This document shows, piece by piece, positions 21,101 to 28,980 of a DNA stretch of 64,000 nucleotides. The stretch comes from a virus, in the IMG/VR virus record IMGVR_UViG_3300035698_026991, positions 1,202 through 65,201 of that record. The stretch is one strand, 5' to 3'. How positions within the stretch are numbered: position 1 is the first letter of the stretch; the number at the start of each line of letters is the position of its first letter. Below the pieces are notes generated by a model. It was not told the DNA's origin and did not search any database. It saw only the letters and a program-made list of their open reading frames with translations. A program made the translations under genes and the position numbers.

Positions 21101-21438
21101 TTTTCTAATAGACTAGATTTAGTCCCTTGTCCTAAAGCATATTGTGAAACACCAGCAATTGTATTAAGTGGTTTTTGAAGTCCTTCAAGTCCTCTCATAA
21201 ACAAACCTTCCGGTCTCTCAGTTGAGCCAGTACTTTTATCAGAAGCTCCATACCATCTATTACCTATCTGTTCACTTTTAATACCTTCAATCTGTCTTTT
21301 AAGTTTTGTTAAGTTTGAACTGATAGTTAAATCACCCTTACTAGGAGAGGTATTACGAGCATAAGCTGTAGTAGAGTTACTAAGCTGACTTTCCATTGTT
21401 GATCTTAAGTTTTCTAATTCTTGTATTGTTTTTGCCAT
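18133..21438 (-). CDS. large virion-associated protein (1101 aa), function unknown
   Basis: Single long ORF, Lys/Gly/Ala-rich N-terminal third. No recognisable catalytic motif. Confidence 0.4.
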   Translation of the reverse strand: MAKTIQELENLRSTMESQLSNSTTAYARNTSPSKGDLTISSNLTKLKRQIEGIKSEQIGNRWYGASDKSTGSTERPEGLFMRGLEGLQKPLNTIAGVSQYALGQGTKSSLLENTKAAREKGLTFGDILKQEGVDNRAVRGTLGFLLDVMFDPINWATAGSAALIPRVGTGLVKGATKSGAKGALEAVGKGLTSNLSRKAITTSKFLPIKTATKVVGKVADTAGEFAGFKTAAKTVTKGIEKSKTLAERFAARAVKDADRYDKLIGKDPLEALGKGLVRGKGFASGKVGGYIEDAIRGKNETLSKIPGFRHLSKESVKKLGQTKGDILADFFDYSPLRRSTLMEKKDEVIHEMGKIDVIGTGNAEKADFLDLADYYNPKAKVTRFDPTSKQEVEKFIRDTVTDADGAISHPLKKEFQGGQVKILDSIENANALLEQAGKVVDQKLMVEMYKPLTPGLTGVKSYDDFIGRVKNTTIEDWKAGRVLSKKTVLEAEKDATKLADVWNSGGKEFVNYKALNNILTGLENFTHVFKAFKVPLNLGSHVVAYLGNYFMGAMMGLPTYKPKYIEAVMQGRKFAKGKLPMKQFLEVFTGADDSMRKLAVENPTVFKSIMGVNPLEIFERMKQEKQFAGQVLSLSDEVKKVEKIIKEIGDEIPDQVGKVSRAADEAINAVDEVPKKTRGEITAEKVLEENRKKFTTPAEARMEDSINNVRKTNVDEYSSWLGSGEISEASRYEKFRSKLAEKVAEDPNNFTLKYADMIINGLTKNYESIDQGFKIGNFIYLTKVGLTAEELAKVGNVVDLTDSVLPSVISGGERLYKIKPLAASRVSSEAYMNYSAMPDFVKIMRSLPIVSAPFLSFQYAMLPKTAKTLMHNPAYFNKVSFAINEINSSRTPEERAALENKYNQFLNSPTVIKFFGMMNLDVKGYIPHLTMNMLNPSERTYDDSPQGTALKTLDKLPILQHPIGQMFKDFIIQPMILKGTGQSPQGQFGQPLYPNYDEKGRKINVSFKDRAPYALRNVTDAITPGVANYLGVPLGMTGMSPEAINYLPSYVMRRNAMATQGRTSIGKMTKENVMQKTIRSLLSGTGFPMYPLDTTRTNINK

Positions 21439-21452
21439 AATAGAAAATTATA

Positions 21453-21758
21453 TCATAGTCCTTGCTCTCCGAAAGCATGGAAGTACTTTTTTACCTTCCA
21501 GTTTGGGGAAAATTTAACAAGAGTCTTAGCTGGTAAATCGATTATTTCTCCTGTATTGACATTTGTAGTTCTTCGTCCTTTCATTACCTTTAAATTAAAT
21601 TCACCCCAATCAGGTAAATTAATAATTTGTTTATCTTTTAGTTCTCTTGAAATAGTTCTCACCATTCCATAGTAAAAATCTTTAACAGTATCTAAATCTC
21701 TTATACCTGCATTGACTGCAACCTTTCTAAAAAACTCTTCTGTTGGTATACTTTTCAT
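21453..21758 (-). CDS. HU/IHF-family DNA-binding protein
   Basis: GEFNLKVMKGRRTTNVNTGEIIDLPAKTLVKFSPNWKVKK matches the HU arm motif (R.GRNP.TGE.I.I.A...V.F..GK.LK). Confidence 0.6.
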   Translation of the reverse strand: MKSIPTEEFFRKVAVNAGIRDLDTVKDFYYGMVRTISRELKDKQIINLPDWGEFNLKVMKGRRTTNVNTGEIIDLPAKTLVKFSPNWKVKKYFHAFGEQGL

Positions 21759-21774
21759 AATTTTATTATATTAC

Positions 21775-21803
21775 TTGACAAGTGGATTTCATAAGTATAT
21801 CAT
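21775..21803 (+). promoter_or_regulatory. sigma70-type promoter (TTGACA-N17-TATCAT)
   Basis: ACTTGACAAGT extended -35 at 21775, TATCAT at 21798. ATG of the downstream gene at 21810 implies a leaderless or very short leader. Confidence 0.5.
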
Positions 21804-21809
21804 AAGTCT

Positions 21810-22178
21810 ATGACAAATAAAAATTTAAAATCTAAAAAATTAGTAATTGCATGGGATGTTGATGATACTATAATTATCCCTTCAGTAGCAACAGGTTTGG
21901 ATAGAGACGTTCCTAATTACGATACAATAGCAATATACAGATGGTTTCAAGCTCAAGGACATTATATGATAATTTGGTCAGGAGGAGGAAAAGATTATGC
22001 TGAAATGTGGGCAGAAAAATTAGGATTAGAAGCTGATGAAATTATGGCAAAAGATACTCGTTTGAAAGATAGGGTTGATATTTCTTTTGATGACTGTCTT
22101 GTAGATCTAGCTAAAGTGAACGTAAAAGTAAAGAGAATCAAAAATAGCGTTAGTAGAAAAGACTCGAACAAGAATTAG
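21810..22178 (+). CDS. HAD-superfamily hydrolase-like protein
   Basis: VIAWDVDDTII matches HAD motif I (DxDxT). 122 aa. Confidence 0.4.
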   Translation: MTNKNLKSKKLVIAWDVDDTIIIPSVATGLDRDVPNYDTIAIYRWFQAQGHYMIIWSGGGKDYAEMWAEKLGLEADEIMAKDTRLKDRVDISFDDCLVDLAKVNVKVKRIKNSVSRKDSNKN

Positions 22179-22237
22179 GAAATTACGAAATTTTTGATAT
22201 AATTAAGATAGTTCTTTTAACAAATTAGATTCATTCC

Positions 22238-22279
22238 TCCAATCGAAAGATTGGAAAAGGGAGCTCCCCGATTTTTTTT
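22238..22279 (+). terminator. rho-independent terminator (tandem hairpins + T8)
   Basis: TCCAATC-GAAA-GATTGGA hairpin, then the GGGAGCTCCC palindrome followed by TTTTTTTT. Confidence 0.6.
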
Positions 22280-22384
22280 GCTAGTAGTTTAATTTTTTTA
22301 TAACTTTTAAAATTAAAACTAATTAGCAAGTTTAATCTTGTTTTTCCCCCCAGCTATCTTATGCTTGGGGGAATGGATCTGAAA

Positions 22385-22457
22385 GCTTCTATAGCTCAGC
22401 TGGTAGAGCAATAGTTTTGTAAACTATAGGTCGTGGGTTCGATTCCTACTAGAAGCT
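22385..22457 (+). tRNA. tRNA-Thr (anticodon UGU)
   Basis: Manual fold: acceptor GCTTCTA/TAGAAGC, D-arm GCTC-AGCTGGTA-GAGC, anticodon arm ATAGT-TTTGTAA-ACTAT, T-arm GTGGG-TTCGATT-CCTAC. No encoded CCA. Confidence 0.85.
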
Positions 22458-22500
22458 CAGGTATTAGTTCATTGAAAATTGAGGTCAAGAAAAAAAATCT

Positions 22501-22911
22501 ATGAAAGAAGAAAAAGGTTTCCTTAAATGGAAACTACAACAAAAACCAACAGTCAGTGATGTTTCATCACTTGTGAATGTTGGAATACTTACGAAAGAAG
22601 AAGCAAGAAAAATTATTCTTGAACAAACAAACGATGTAAGACAAACAGACATAGAAGCTATTAAAGACGAAATAAAGCTTCTAAGAAAGTTAGTCTTAGA
22701 AAACTCACGAAGCAATCCTATCCAGATTGTTGAAATTATAAGAAGGGAAGTACAAGAAGTCCCTTATCGATGGACAAATCCCTATAATGTTTATTGCTCT
22801 AGCATGTCATCAGGGATATCAGATATTCAGACTGTCCCAGCATTAAGTTCGGACACAGGTGATAATTTAACAAAAAACGAACTTGTAGGTAGTACAATTA
22901 CTAAATTATAA
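22501..22911 (+). CDS. hypothetical protein
   Basis: 136-aa ORF following the tRNA. Confidence 0.4.
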   Translation: MKEEKGFLKWKLQQKPTVSDVSSLVNVGILTKEEARKIILEQTNDVRQTDIEAIKDEIKLLRKLVLENSRSNPIQIVEIIRREVQEVPYRWTNPYNVYCSSMSSGISDIQTVPALSSDTGDNLTKNELVGSTITKL

Positions 22912-23046
22912 GTAACTAATTGACCTCAATATTCAGTGAATTAAATGCTGTATTGATGGTTGAGGGGAGAGTAACTAAATAACCAGGGCAAGGAGATATC
23001 TGAAATCAACAACCTTGCCATCTCTCCTGAGGTATTAATACAGTAT

Positions 23047-23113
23047 ATCTCTGCTATTGGATAGATGACGGGTTCCAAACCTGTCTGAGAGGGTTCGATT
23101 CCTTCCAGAGGTG
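23047..23113 (+). ncRNA. tRNA-like element (possible non-canonical tRNA-Trp, anticodon CCA)
   Basis: Canonical T-arm GAGGG-TTCGATT-CCTTC, 7-bp acceptor ATCTCTG/CAGAGGT (one G-U) and anticodon arm ACGGG-TTCCAAA-CCTGT. The D-arm region is only 14 nt, so it does not fold as a standard tRNA. It sits in a 520-nt ORF-free structured region. Confidence 0.3.
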
Positions 23114-23445
23114 CAAAGATTTCGATCTTACTATGTGTGCTGACCACTCACTAGGGGCAAGTTGCTCGGAGTTAAGTCTCCAATGGTCTAGTTATGAAAC
23201 ATAAACAAAAAGTAAGAAAACATAGGAACAGAGGAAAATTCGTTTTCGAAGACAAATGGAGCTTTAAAAAAAGCTTTAAGAGAGATTATTATTTTAGGAG
23301 AAAGTTTAAGAAAGAAGTATATTTATATTATAGGTAATGTCATATTTCGGAATTGATACAGTTGTGTCATAATTCCGAAAAGTGGTTCTTTAAAAATTGA
23401 GGGTTAAGTCTATTCGGAAAGGATAGAATAATAACTAAAGAATAT

Positions 23446-23832
23446 ATGGAAAATATACCAGAGCCAATGGACAAAAATACAGAACCACAAGGAGTACAAG
23501 GAGTACAAACAACACAAGCAGAAAAAGACGAAAGAGAATACAAAATAAAGTGGAGAGAACTTAAGATAGCGAAAACTCGTTCTTTCGTTCTAAGAAAACA
23601 AATTACAGAAGCATATGAGATCCTAGAGAACATTAGATTCGATTACTTAGGAGATACAATGTTTCGTGATTACATTACAAAAGCAAAAAAAGAGTTAGAA
23701 GGAGCTATGACAGATTTCCTTTTATCAGATGGATATTGGGAAGGAAGAATTAAATTTCACAAGGAAATGTCATTCGAAGAATTTAAGAAAAGACGTGTAG
23801 AAGATATTGGACCAGAGTGTAACGTTAACTAA
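23446..23832 (+). CDS. hypothetical protein
   Basis: 128 aa. Precedes RmlB. Confidence 0.4.
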   Translation: MENIPEPMDKNTEPQGVQGVQTTQAEKDEREYKIKWRELKIAKTRSFVLRKQITEAYEILENIRFDYLGDTMFRDYITKAKKELEGAMTDFLLSDGYWEGRIKFHKEMSFEEFKKRRVEDIGPECNVN

Positions 23833-23869
23833 TTATCAATTTAGCCCTCAATTTTTAGCGAATAAAATT

Positions 23870-24811
23870 ATGAAAATGTTAATAACAGGTGGCGCGGGAT
23901 TTATAGGATCAAACTACATTCATTATGTGATGAAGAAGCATCCTGGTTATACAATTACAAATTTAGATTTATTAACCTATGCAGGTAATTTAAATAATCT
24001 AGTTGGTGTGGACCAGAGCGATGACTACGTTTTTATACAAGGGAATATCCTAGACGAATCATTAGTGAATAGATTAGTTAAAGAATCCGACATTGTTGTT
24101 AACTTTGCTGCAGAAAGTCATGTAGATAGATCAATAGAGAATCCAAACGATTTTACAATTACAAATACACTAGGAACTCAAGTATTATTGAATGCTTGTT
24201 TAAAATATAAAAAGAGATTCCATCAAATATCCACAGACGAGGTATTTGGTGATTTGCCGTTAATAGGGAAGGAGAAGTTCACTGAGAATACTTTGTACAA
24301 TCCTTCTAGCCCTTATTCAGCTTCCAAAGCTGCCGCAGATCATCTTGTACGAGCTTATCACAAAACCTATGGTCTTGATGTAACTATAACTAATTGTTCT
24401 AACAATTACGGAAGATTTCAACACGAAGAGAAGTTTCTACCTAAAATGATCATACAAGCTGTTAAAGGTGAGAAATTACCTATTTATGGTGAAGGAAAGA
24501 ACATGAGAGATTGGATACACGTAGAGGATCACTGTTCGGCCATAGATTTGGTCATTCAAGAAGGAAAAGTAGGAGAGACATACCTTGTAGGTGGTAATGC
24601 ATGCAAAAGCAATATAGATGTAGCAAACGAAATTTTAAAGGCTCTACATAGGGATAAATCCAGCCTCGAATTCGTCACAGACCGTCTTGGGCATGACCTT
24701 CGATACGAAGTAGATTCATCTAAGATAGAGAAAGAGCTCGGGTGGAAGAGAAAGTACAATTTTAAGGATGGATTAAAAGAAACAATTAATTGGTATACAC
24801 CAAGTTATTAA
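23870..24811 (+). CDS. rfbB: dTDP-glucose 4,6-dehydratase
   Basis: MKMLITGGAGFIGSNY Rossmann start, YSASKAAADHLVRAYHKTYGL (YxxxK catalytic motif), NCSNNYG. Start moved to the in-frame ATG at 23870 to avoid overlap. Confidence 0.85.
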   Translation: MKMLITGGAGFIGSNYIHYVMKKHPGYTITNLDLLTYAGNLNNLVGVDQSDDYVFIQGNILDESLVNRLVKESDIVVNFAAESHVDRSIENPNDFTITNTLGTQVLLNACLKYKKRFHQISTDEVFGDLPLIGKEKFTENTLYNPSSPYSASKAAADHLVRAYHKTYGLDVTITNCSNNYGRFQHEEKFLPKMIIQAVKGEKLPIYGEGKNMRDWIHVEDHCSAIDLVIQEGKVGETYLVGGNACKSNIDVANEILKALHRDKSSLEFVTDRLGHDLRYEVDSSKIEKELGWKRKYNFKDGLKETINWYTPSY

Positions 24812-24815
24812 AATT

Positions 24816-25100
24816 ATGAAAATGAAAATATCAAAGAAAAAGAACAATTTAGAGATTATCATCCCGCTGAAGACACATAGAAGTAACCCATACATGGGAG
24901 ATGAATTCCACCCAGAGATGGATAACCTAATTGGGTTGGTAGAGAATGAGAATGATTTTGGTTTTTGTTATCGTATAGATATGGATTACAAAGACAAACC
25001 AGACCAATGGACTGATTATGTCCTAAAACTAGATAAAGATATGGACGAAGAAGAATTTAGAGATTTATGTACAAAGTACAAAATAGACATAGTGGGTTAG
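24816..25100 (+). CDS. hypothetical protein
   Basis: 94 aa, acidic. Confidence 0.4.
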   Translation: MKMKISKKKNNLEIIIPLKTHRSNPYMGDEFHPEMDNLIGLVENENDFGFCYRIDMDYKDKPDQWTDYVLKLDKDMDEEEFRDLCTKYKIDIVG

Positions 25101-25101
25101 C

Positions 25102-25121
25102 TCACTAAAATCACGAGTCAA
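25102..25121. repeat. left arm of perfect 20-bp inverted repeat TCACTAAAATCACGAGTCAA
   Basis: Exact reverse complement present at 25475..25494. Arms sit 1 nt after the upstream stop and immediately after the stop of gene 25141..25461. Confidence 0.9.
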
Positions 25122-25140
25122 GTTAAGTCAAAAAAAAGTC

Positions 25141-25461
25141 ATGTCAAAAAGAGTACAAGAGAAGTTTATAGATCCAACAGCGCCTGTGGTAAAGAAGGGA
25201 GTGGAACATCATGCTGGATGGGTTTATACACAAAGAACATTAGATATTATCAACGGGAATCAGATGGCCATTATAGAAGCCCTTGGATTACCAGATAAAC
25301 AGGAGAATGCGCTTAAGTCTCAAGTCAGACAAGCGCTATACAGACCACAGAGGTTAGCACACTTCCTAACTGCTCAAGAAATGGCAGATAGGAGCGATGA
25401 GGAAGCAGAAACATTAAAGGATTTGCCTTTAGATATTAATACCCTAAGAAACGTAAGGTAG
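25141..25461 (+). CDS. hypothetical protein (gene bracketed by 20-bp inverted repeats)
   Basis: 106-aa ORF. No recognisable domain. Confidence 0.4.
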   Translation: MSKRVQEKFIDPTAPVVKKGVEHHAGWVYTQRTLDIINGNQMAIIEALGLPDKQENALKSQVRQALYRPQRLAHFLTAQEMADRSDEEAETLKDLPLDINTLRNVR

Positions 25462-25474
25462 ATTATTAAAATTA

Positions 25475-25494
25475 TTGACTCGTGATTTTAGTGA
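25475..25494. repeat. right arm of perfect 20-bp inverted repeat TTGACTCGTGATTTTAGTGA
   Basis: Reverse complement of 25102..25121. Confidence 0.9.
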
Positions 25495-26694
25495 ATTACA
25501 TCCAGAACAGGTGGGGCGTCAGCCCCCTCACCGCCAGCCTAGGCAGAAGCGAGAGCGAGGTAAAGCCATACTGAATTTTGATGGTTTTAATATGCATTCT
25601 CGTGATAACTTCATAAAAGCGGTATACCTGTTCCGGATATAGTTCATTAAGTTTTATATTATTGGAGGGTGATAGCAAGTTCGTTCACAGTATTGCTTGA
25701 GCCTAAGGTGTGAATGGAGGGGTAAAACTCTCCAATAGTATAAAATAAATAATATGAAAAAAATTGATTTCAACAAAACGTGTTGTTTCCAATGCGAAAA
25801 AATTTGTGATTCGAAGTTAGATCTTTTAAGCATCAAATTATATGGTATATGCAAAGGATGCATAAAAAAAGGTGGCAAACAAGAAAAACACCTAATGCAA
25901 ACTTACATAAACAGTTAATACCACAAAACGAATAACAACAGGCATATAACAAAGGGTACCTAACTAAAGGTACCCTTTTCATTATTTATTTTTTAGAATT
26001 TTTCACCTTCCCCATTACGCATAACGAGAAACGTACCCTACACCCCCCACCCTATCCCTCTAACCTTCTCTTACGAGTTTTAAGCTATTAACAACACATT
26101 ATACCTATATACGCTTTAAACCTCTTAGGGGTTGAGGAATTAACTGTAAACAGCATTGGGGAGTCTGGTAGTTAGTAGTGAACTGCGCGTAGTTCGTAAT
26201 GTATGGAATTGGAAAAGTGAGTCAGAAATGCAGATGGGTACGTTACCCTTATAGTTACTTGTAATATTGGGACCCCTAACAGACAACCCCCCAACCCCCA
26301 ATTACGAACTCCACACTGCACACAGCACAAAGCGCACATCGTCTATTATGCACACTCTTCGCTCTTCGCTGTGCATAGCTTTTCTCTCATAGTTAAAACG
26401 GTATTCCCTACACACAGACACTTCGTGTCTGTTACAGTGGTTTCTTACAGTTCTTCTCTGCGTTGTTCGTTGTTGGTTGTGTACATCGTATGGTGTAAAA
26501 CTACTTCTTTGAGTATCTAAGGTCGTAACACTAATAGATAGTGTGGATACTCTTATTAGATATTAGTAAGTAGGTTTAGCACCGAACTCCGAGTTTTCCG
26601 TATAAACACTCGTCACGCACATCGCACCACGCACACCTCACAGGTATGCAGCATACATCTATGCAAGCGATAGCATTACGAGATTAAACCTAAC

Positions 26695-27000
26695 TACTAA
26701 GCACCACCGTAGCGAGTTAGTCACAGGAAGTTTATATATATCTAACTAAGACATCTAGATCTACATCTAGACCAGTTAGAGTATGTAAGGCGACTGGAAA
26801 CAAACCCAGTTAGTAAGGACCGTAGATCCTTATATCCTGTTACTAACTCGTTACACACCACCGTAGCGAATTAGCTACAGAAGAATATTTGATATTGCTA
26901 GAATGTCATTATTAGTGAAGAGGACTCTTCACAGCAAGCCAGCTAGAGTCTTGCCTTCTGTTGCTAATTCGTTACACACCACAATAACGAGCTACACGCA
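26695..27000. repeat. degenerate direct repeats (~40 bp, three copies) inside ORF-free CA-rich region
   Basis: CTACTAAGCACCACCGTAGCGAGTTAGTCACAG (26695), TAACTCGTTACACACCACCGTAGCGAATTAGCTACAG (26843) and TAATTCGTTACACACCACAATAACGAGCTACACGCAG (26964). Also the perfect 8-bp IR GTGAAGAG/CTCTTCAC at 26917. Confidence 0.7.
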
Positions 27001-27192
27001 GCGGATAAACATATCCGTCGTGCATCCTGTTCTTTGACATCTTATATTGATAATATCATATTATTTTTACATAGATTACGCATTAGACCTCTAGTCTTCT
27101 GCGTCTAGCTCGTTATAACCTCTATAGCATAACCACTTAGAGTTATGTTATATCACTATTGCTATAACTATAGCATTAACTATATAATCATT

Positions 27193-27627
27193 ATGGAATT
27201 AAAAAACCTTTTAGACTTCTCTATTACTAGAATCATCGCTTTCAATTCAGATAAGACTAGCGCTGAAGTTAAGCTTGGAGAATGTTTCAAATCTTTATCA
27301 GGATCTAACCCTACTATTAAACCAGATTGCAATGTCAAAGATGCGACATTCAGTAATCCTTCTGAATGGGGAGTTAGGGAGTTCACAGTTACTGATAAAG
27401 CAACTGAAGAAGTAATACAAATTACTTCCTATTACCAAAACATCAATGGTCCTGCATCTCGTTTCTTCGTGACCACTGAAGTTGCTAATAAGTTCTTAGC
27501 TAAGGCTAGCAACCTAAAGGAAAGTAGAATCTCAATAGGAGACTTTCAACCTACTGATGAGCAAAGAGCTTACCTAGAGAAGAAACACGATGGTAAGACA
27601 CCAGGTTACGCACCATTGGTAGCATAA
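27193..27627 (+). CDS. hypothetical protein
   Basis: Listed ORF 27145..27627. Probable start at MELKNLLDF (27193) after an AT-rich leader. Confidence 0.4.
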   Translation: MELKNLLDFSITRIIAFNSDKTSAEVKLGECFKSLSGSNPTIKPDCNVKDATFSNPSEWGVREFTVTDKATEEVIQITSYYQNINGPASRFFVTTEVANKFLAKASNLKESRISIGDFQPTDEQRAYLEKKHDGKTPGYAPLVA

Positions 27628-27645
27628 CTAAATAACTATAACTTA

Positions 27646-27701
27646 AGCACTATAACTATTACTATTGCATTTGCAATCTTAGTAGCTATAGTGCTTTTTT
27701 T
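27646..27701 (+). terminator. rho-independent terminator (long imperfect hairpin + T7)
   Basis: AGCACTATA...ATTGCATTTGCAAT...TATAGTGCT followed by TTTTTTT. Confidence 0.55.
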
Positions 27702-27913
27702 ATACACTACGCACGGTTCACTTAAGCGATAGCTACAACTCATAGCTCTCTCTCTACCATGAGCCGAACATATAGCTAATTCTATCAGGGATAATATATA
27801 AAGATAACTTAAGGATATCTAACTAATAAATTTAAGAATACAAACATCAGTACACAATTTAGGCTTTTCAATTTATTTAACTATCTATATTATCCCTACA
27901 GAGTTAGTTATAC

Positions 27914-27932
27914 ATTATTAATTACCTTAACC
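27914..27932 (+). promoter_or_regulatory. conserved 19-nt upstream motif ATTATTAATTACCTTAACC (copy 1)
   Basis: Motif 13 nt upstream of the ATG of the small membrane-protein gene 27945. Confidence 0.6.
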
Positions 27933-27944
27933 ATCAACACAACT

Positions 27945-28088
27945 ATGTTCTTAACTATAATAGCCACACTTCTCGCTGTAGCACTAATGATAGCAGTAGT
28001 AGTGACAACAGACTTCAAGTCTTTCTTCTCAGTTTGTATAACACTACTAGTAGTCGCTTTACTAAGTGTTCTAATAGCAACAATCTAA
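27945..28088 (+). CDS. small hydrophobic membrane peptide (47 aa)
   Basis: MFLTIIATLLAVALMIAVVVTT.. found by manual translation. Preceded by the conserved motif. Confidence 0.4.
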   Translation: MFLTIIATLLAVALMIAVVVTTDFKSFFSVCITLLVVALLSVLIATI

Positions 28089-28093
28089 GAGAC

Positions 28094-28112
28094 ATTATTA
28101 ATTTCCTTAATC
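28094..28112 (+). promoter_or_regulatory. conserved upstream motif ATTATTAATTTCCTTAATC (copy 2)
   Basis: 13 nt upstream of ATG 28125. Confidence 0.55.
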
Positions 28113-28124
28113 ACCTTAAACAAT

Positions 28125-28358
28125 ATGTTTAATATAAAAGATAGAAAAACTCTAAACACTATATCTAAAGTAGTTGGAAAAACATTTAAAGAAATAAGAG
28201 AAATACTCAAACTAGTAAAAAAAGCACTCAAACTAGTGAAAGGAGTAGATACATCACAGGAAAAAACGACAAAAAGACTAAACAACATTGAAAAGAAATA
28301 TTACACAAAGAAAGAAGTTGATACAATAATAAAAAAACTTAAAACCCAAAAGAAATAA
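28125..28358 (+). CDS. small Lys-rich coiled-coil protein
   Basis: 77-aa ORF following motif copy 2. Confidence 0.45.
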   Translation: MFNIKDRKTLNTISKVVGKTFKEIREILKLVKKALKLVKGVDTSQEKTTKRLNNIEKKYYTKKEVDTIIKKLKTQKK

Positions 28359-28369
28359 AGCAAAACCAC

Positions 28370-28388
28370 ATTATTAATTACCTTAACC
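28370..28388 (+). promoter_or_regulatory. conserved upstream motif ATTATTAATTACCTTAACC (copy 3)
   Basis: 14 nt upstream of ATG 28402. Confidence 0.6.
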
Positions 28389-28401
28389 CACCGCAAACAA
28401 T

Positions 28402-28584
28402 ATGAATCACTACCCACCAATTTCATTACTAGTAGCAATCATCCCATCAGCACCTATATTCAGCTTTGGATACCAAGCAATGGGCATAGAACCCACAGGG
28501 TTACTAGTTTCAATATCATTCATCTTATTACTAATTCAAGTCGCAGGACTAGTTACATACATACTAACTGAAGTATGTAAGTAA
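28402..28584 (+). CDS. small membrane protein (60 aa)
   Basis: Two hydrophobic segments. Confidence 0.45.
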   Translation: MNHYPPISLLVAIIPSAPIFSFGYQAMGIEPTGLLVSISFILLLIQVAGLVTYILTEVCK

Positions 28585-28586
28585 GT

Positions 28587-28605
28587 ATTACTAATTCCCT
28601 TAACC
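28587..28605 (+). promoter_or_regulatory. conserved upstream motif ATTACTAATTCCCTTAACC (copy 4)
   Basis: 10 nt upstream of ATG 28615. Confidence 0.55.
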
Positions 28606-28614
28606 AATCCTATT

Positions 28615-28764
28615 ATGCACTATCTTATTCACTTAACTTTATTCTTCGTAGGACTTACTTTAGTCCTACAAGATATACCTACACACCCATTCTTATTCCT
28701 TACAGGTTTCATAGTCTTAGGGATATGGTATGGGAATGTATTCCTATCACCTAATGATTATTAA
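28615..28764 (+). CDS. small membrane peptide (49 aa)
   Basis: MHYLIHLTLFFVGLTLVLQD.. by manual translation. Confidence 0.35.
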   Translation: MHYLIHLTLFFVGLTLVLQDIPTHPFLFLTGFIVLGIWYGNVFLSPNDY

Positions 28765-28775
28765 TCACCTTAATT
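28757..28775 (+). promoter_or_regulatory. conserved upstream motif ATTATTAATCACCTTAATT (copy 5)
   Basis: 12 nt upstream of ATG 28787. Confidence 0.5.
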
Positions 28776-28786
28776 AACTAAAACAA

Positions 28787-28957
28787 ATGAGATGCTTAAA
28801 ATGGTTACAACCACACATATGGGGTAAATGGAAAATGAAAGAAACAGGAAAGATAATAGTAAATGAAAAGAATAAAGGAAGCTATTGGATACAAGAAAGA
28901 GAATGCACATTATGTGGATACAAAGAATTCAAAGAGTCAAAAACAGAACAAATCTAA
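28787..28957 (+). CDS. small KW-rich peptide with C-terminal ECxLCG motif (56 aa)
   Basis: LQPHIWGKWKMKETG...ERECTLCGY. Paralogous to 34355..34522. Confidence 0.4.
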   Translation: MRCLKWLQPHIWGKWKMKETGKIIVNEKNKGSYWIQERECTLCGYKEFKESKTEQI

Positions 28958-28958
28958 T

Positions 28959-28976
28959 ATTATTAATTAACTTAAC
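28959..28976 (+). promoter_or_regulatory. conserved upstream motif ATTATTAATTAACTTAAC (copy 6)
   Basis: 5 nt upstream of ATG 28981. This supports 28981 as the true start of listed ORF 28885..29454. Confidence 0.5.
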
Positions 28977-28980
28977 TGCA

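Noticed and set aside
23047-23113. Calling a bona fide tRNA-Trp gene
   Set aside because: T-arm, acceptor and anticodon arm fit, but only 14 nt are available for the D-arm region. It is reported only as a tRNA-like element pending tRNAscan-SE or ARAGORN.
23807-23869. N-terminal extension of rfbB (start at 23807)
   Set aside because: It overlaps the upstream gene. The canonical MKMLITGGAGFIGS start at 23870 matches RmlB N-termini.
26695-27000. Possible CRISPR array from direct repeats
   Set aside because: Repeats are degenerate (only about 70-80% identical), of unequal length and irregularly spaced. No cas genes are present. It is better described as iteron-like or structured non-coding DNA.
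28885-28980. N-terminal extension of 28981..29454 (listed start 28885)
   Set aside because: It overlaps the small ORF 28787..28957, and the conserved 19-nt motif ends 5 nt before ATG 28981. The paralogs also start at the equivalent position.
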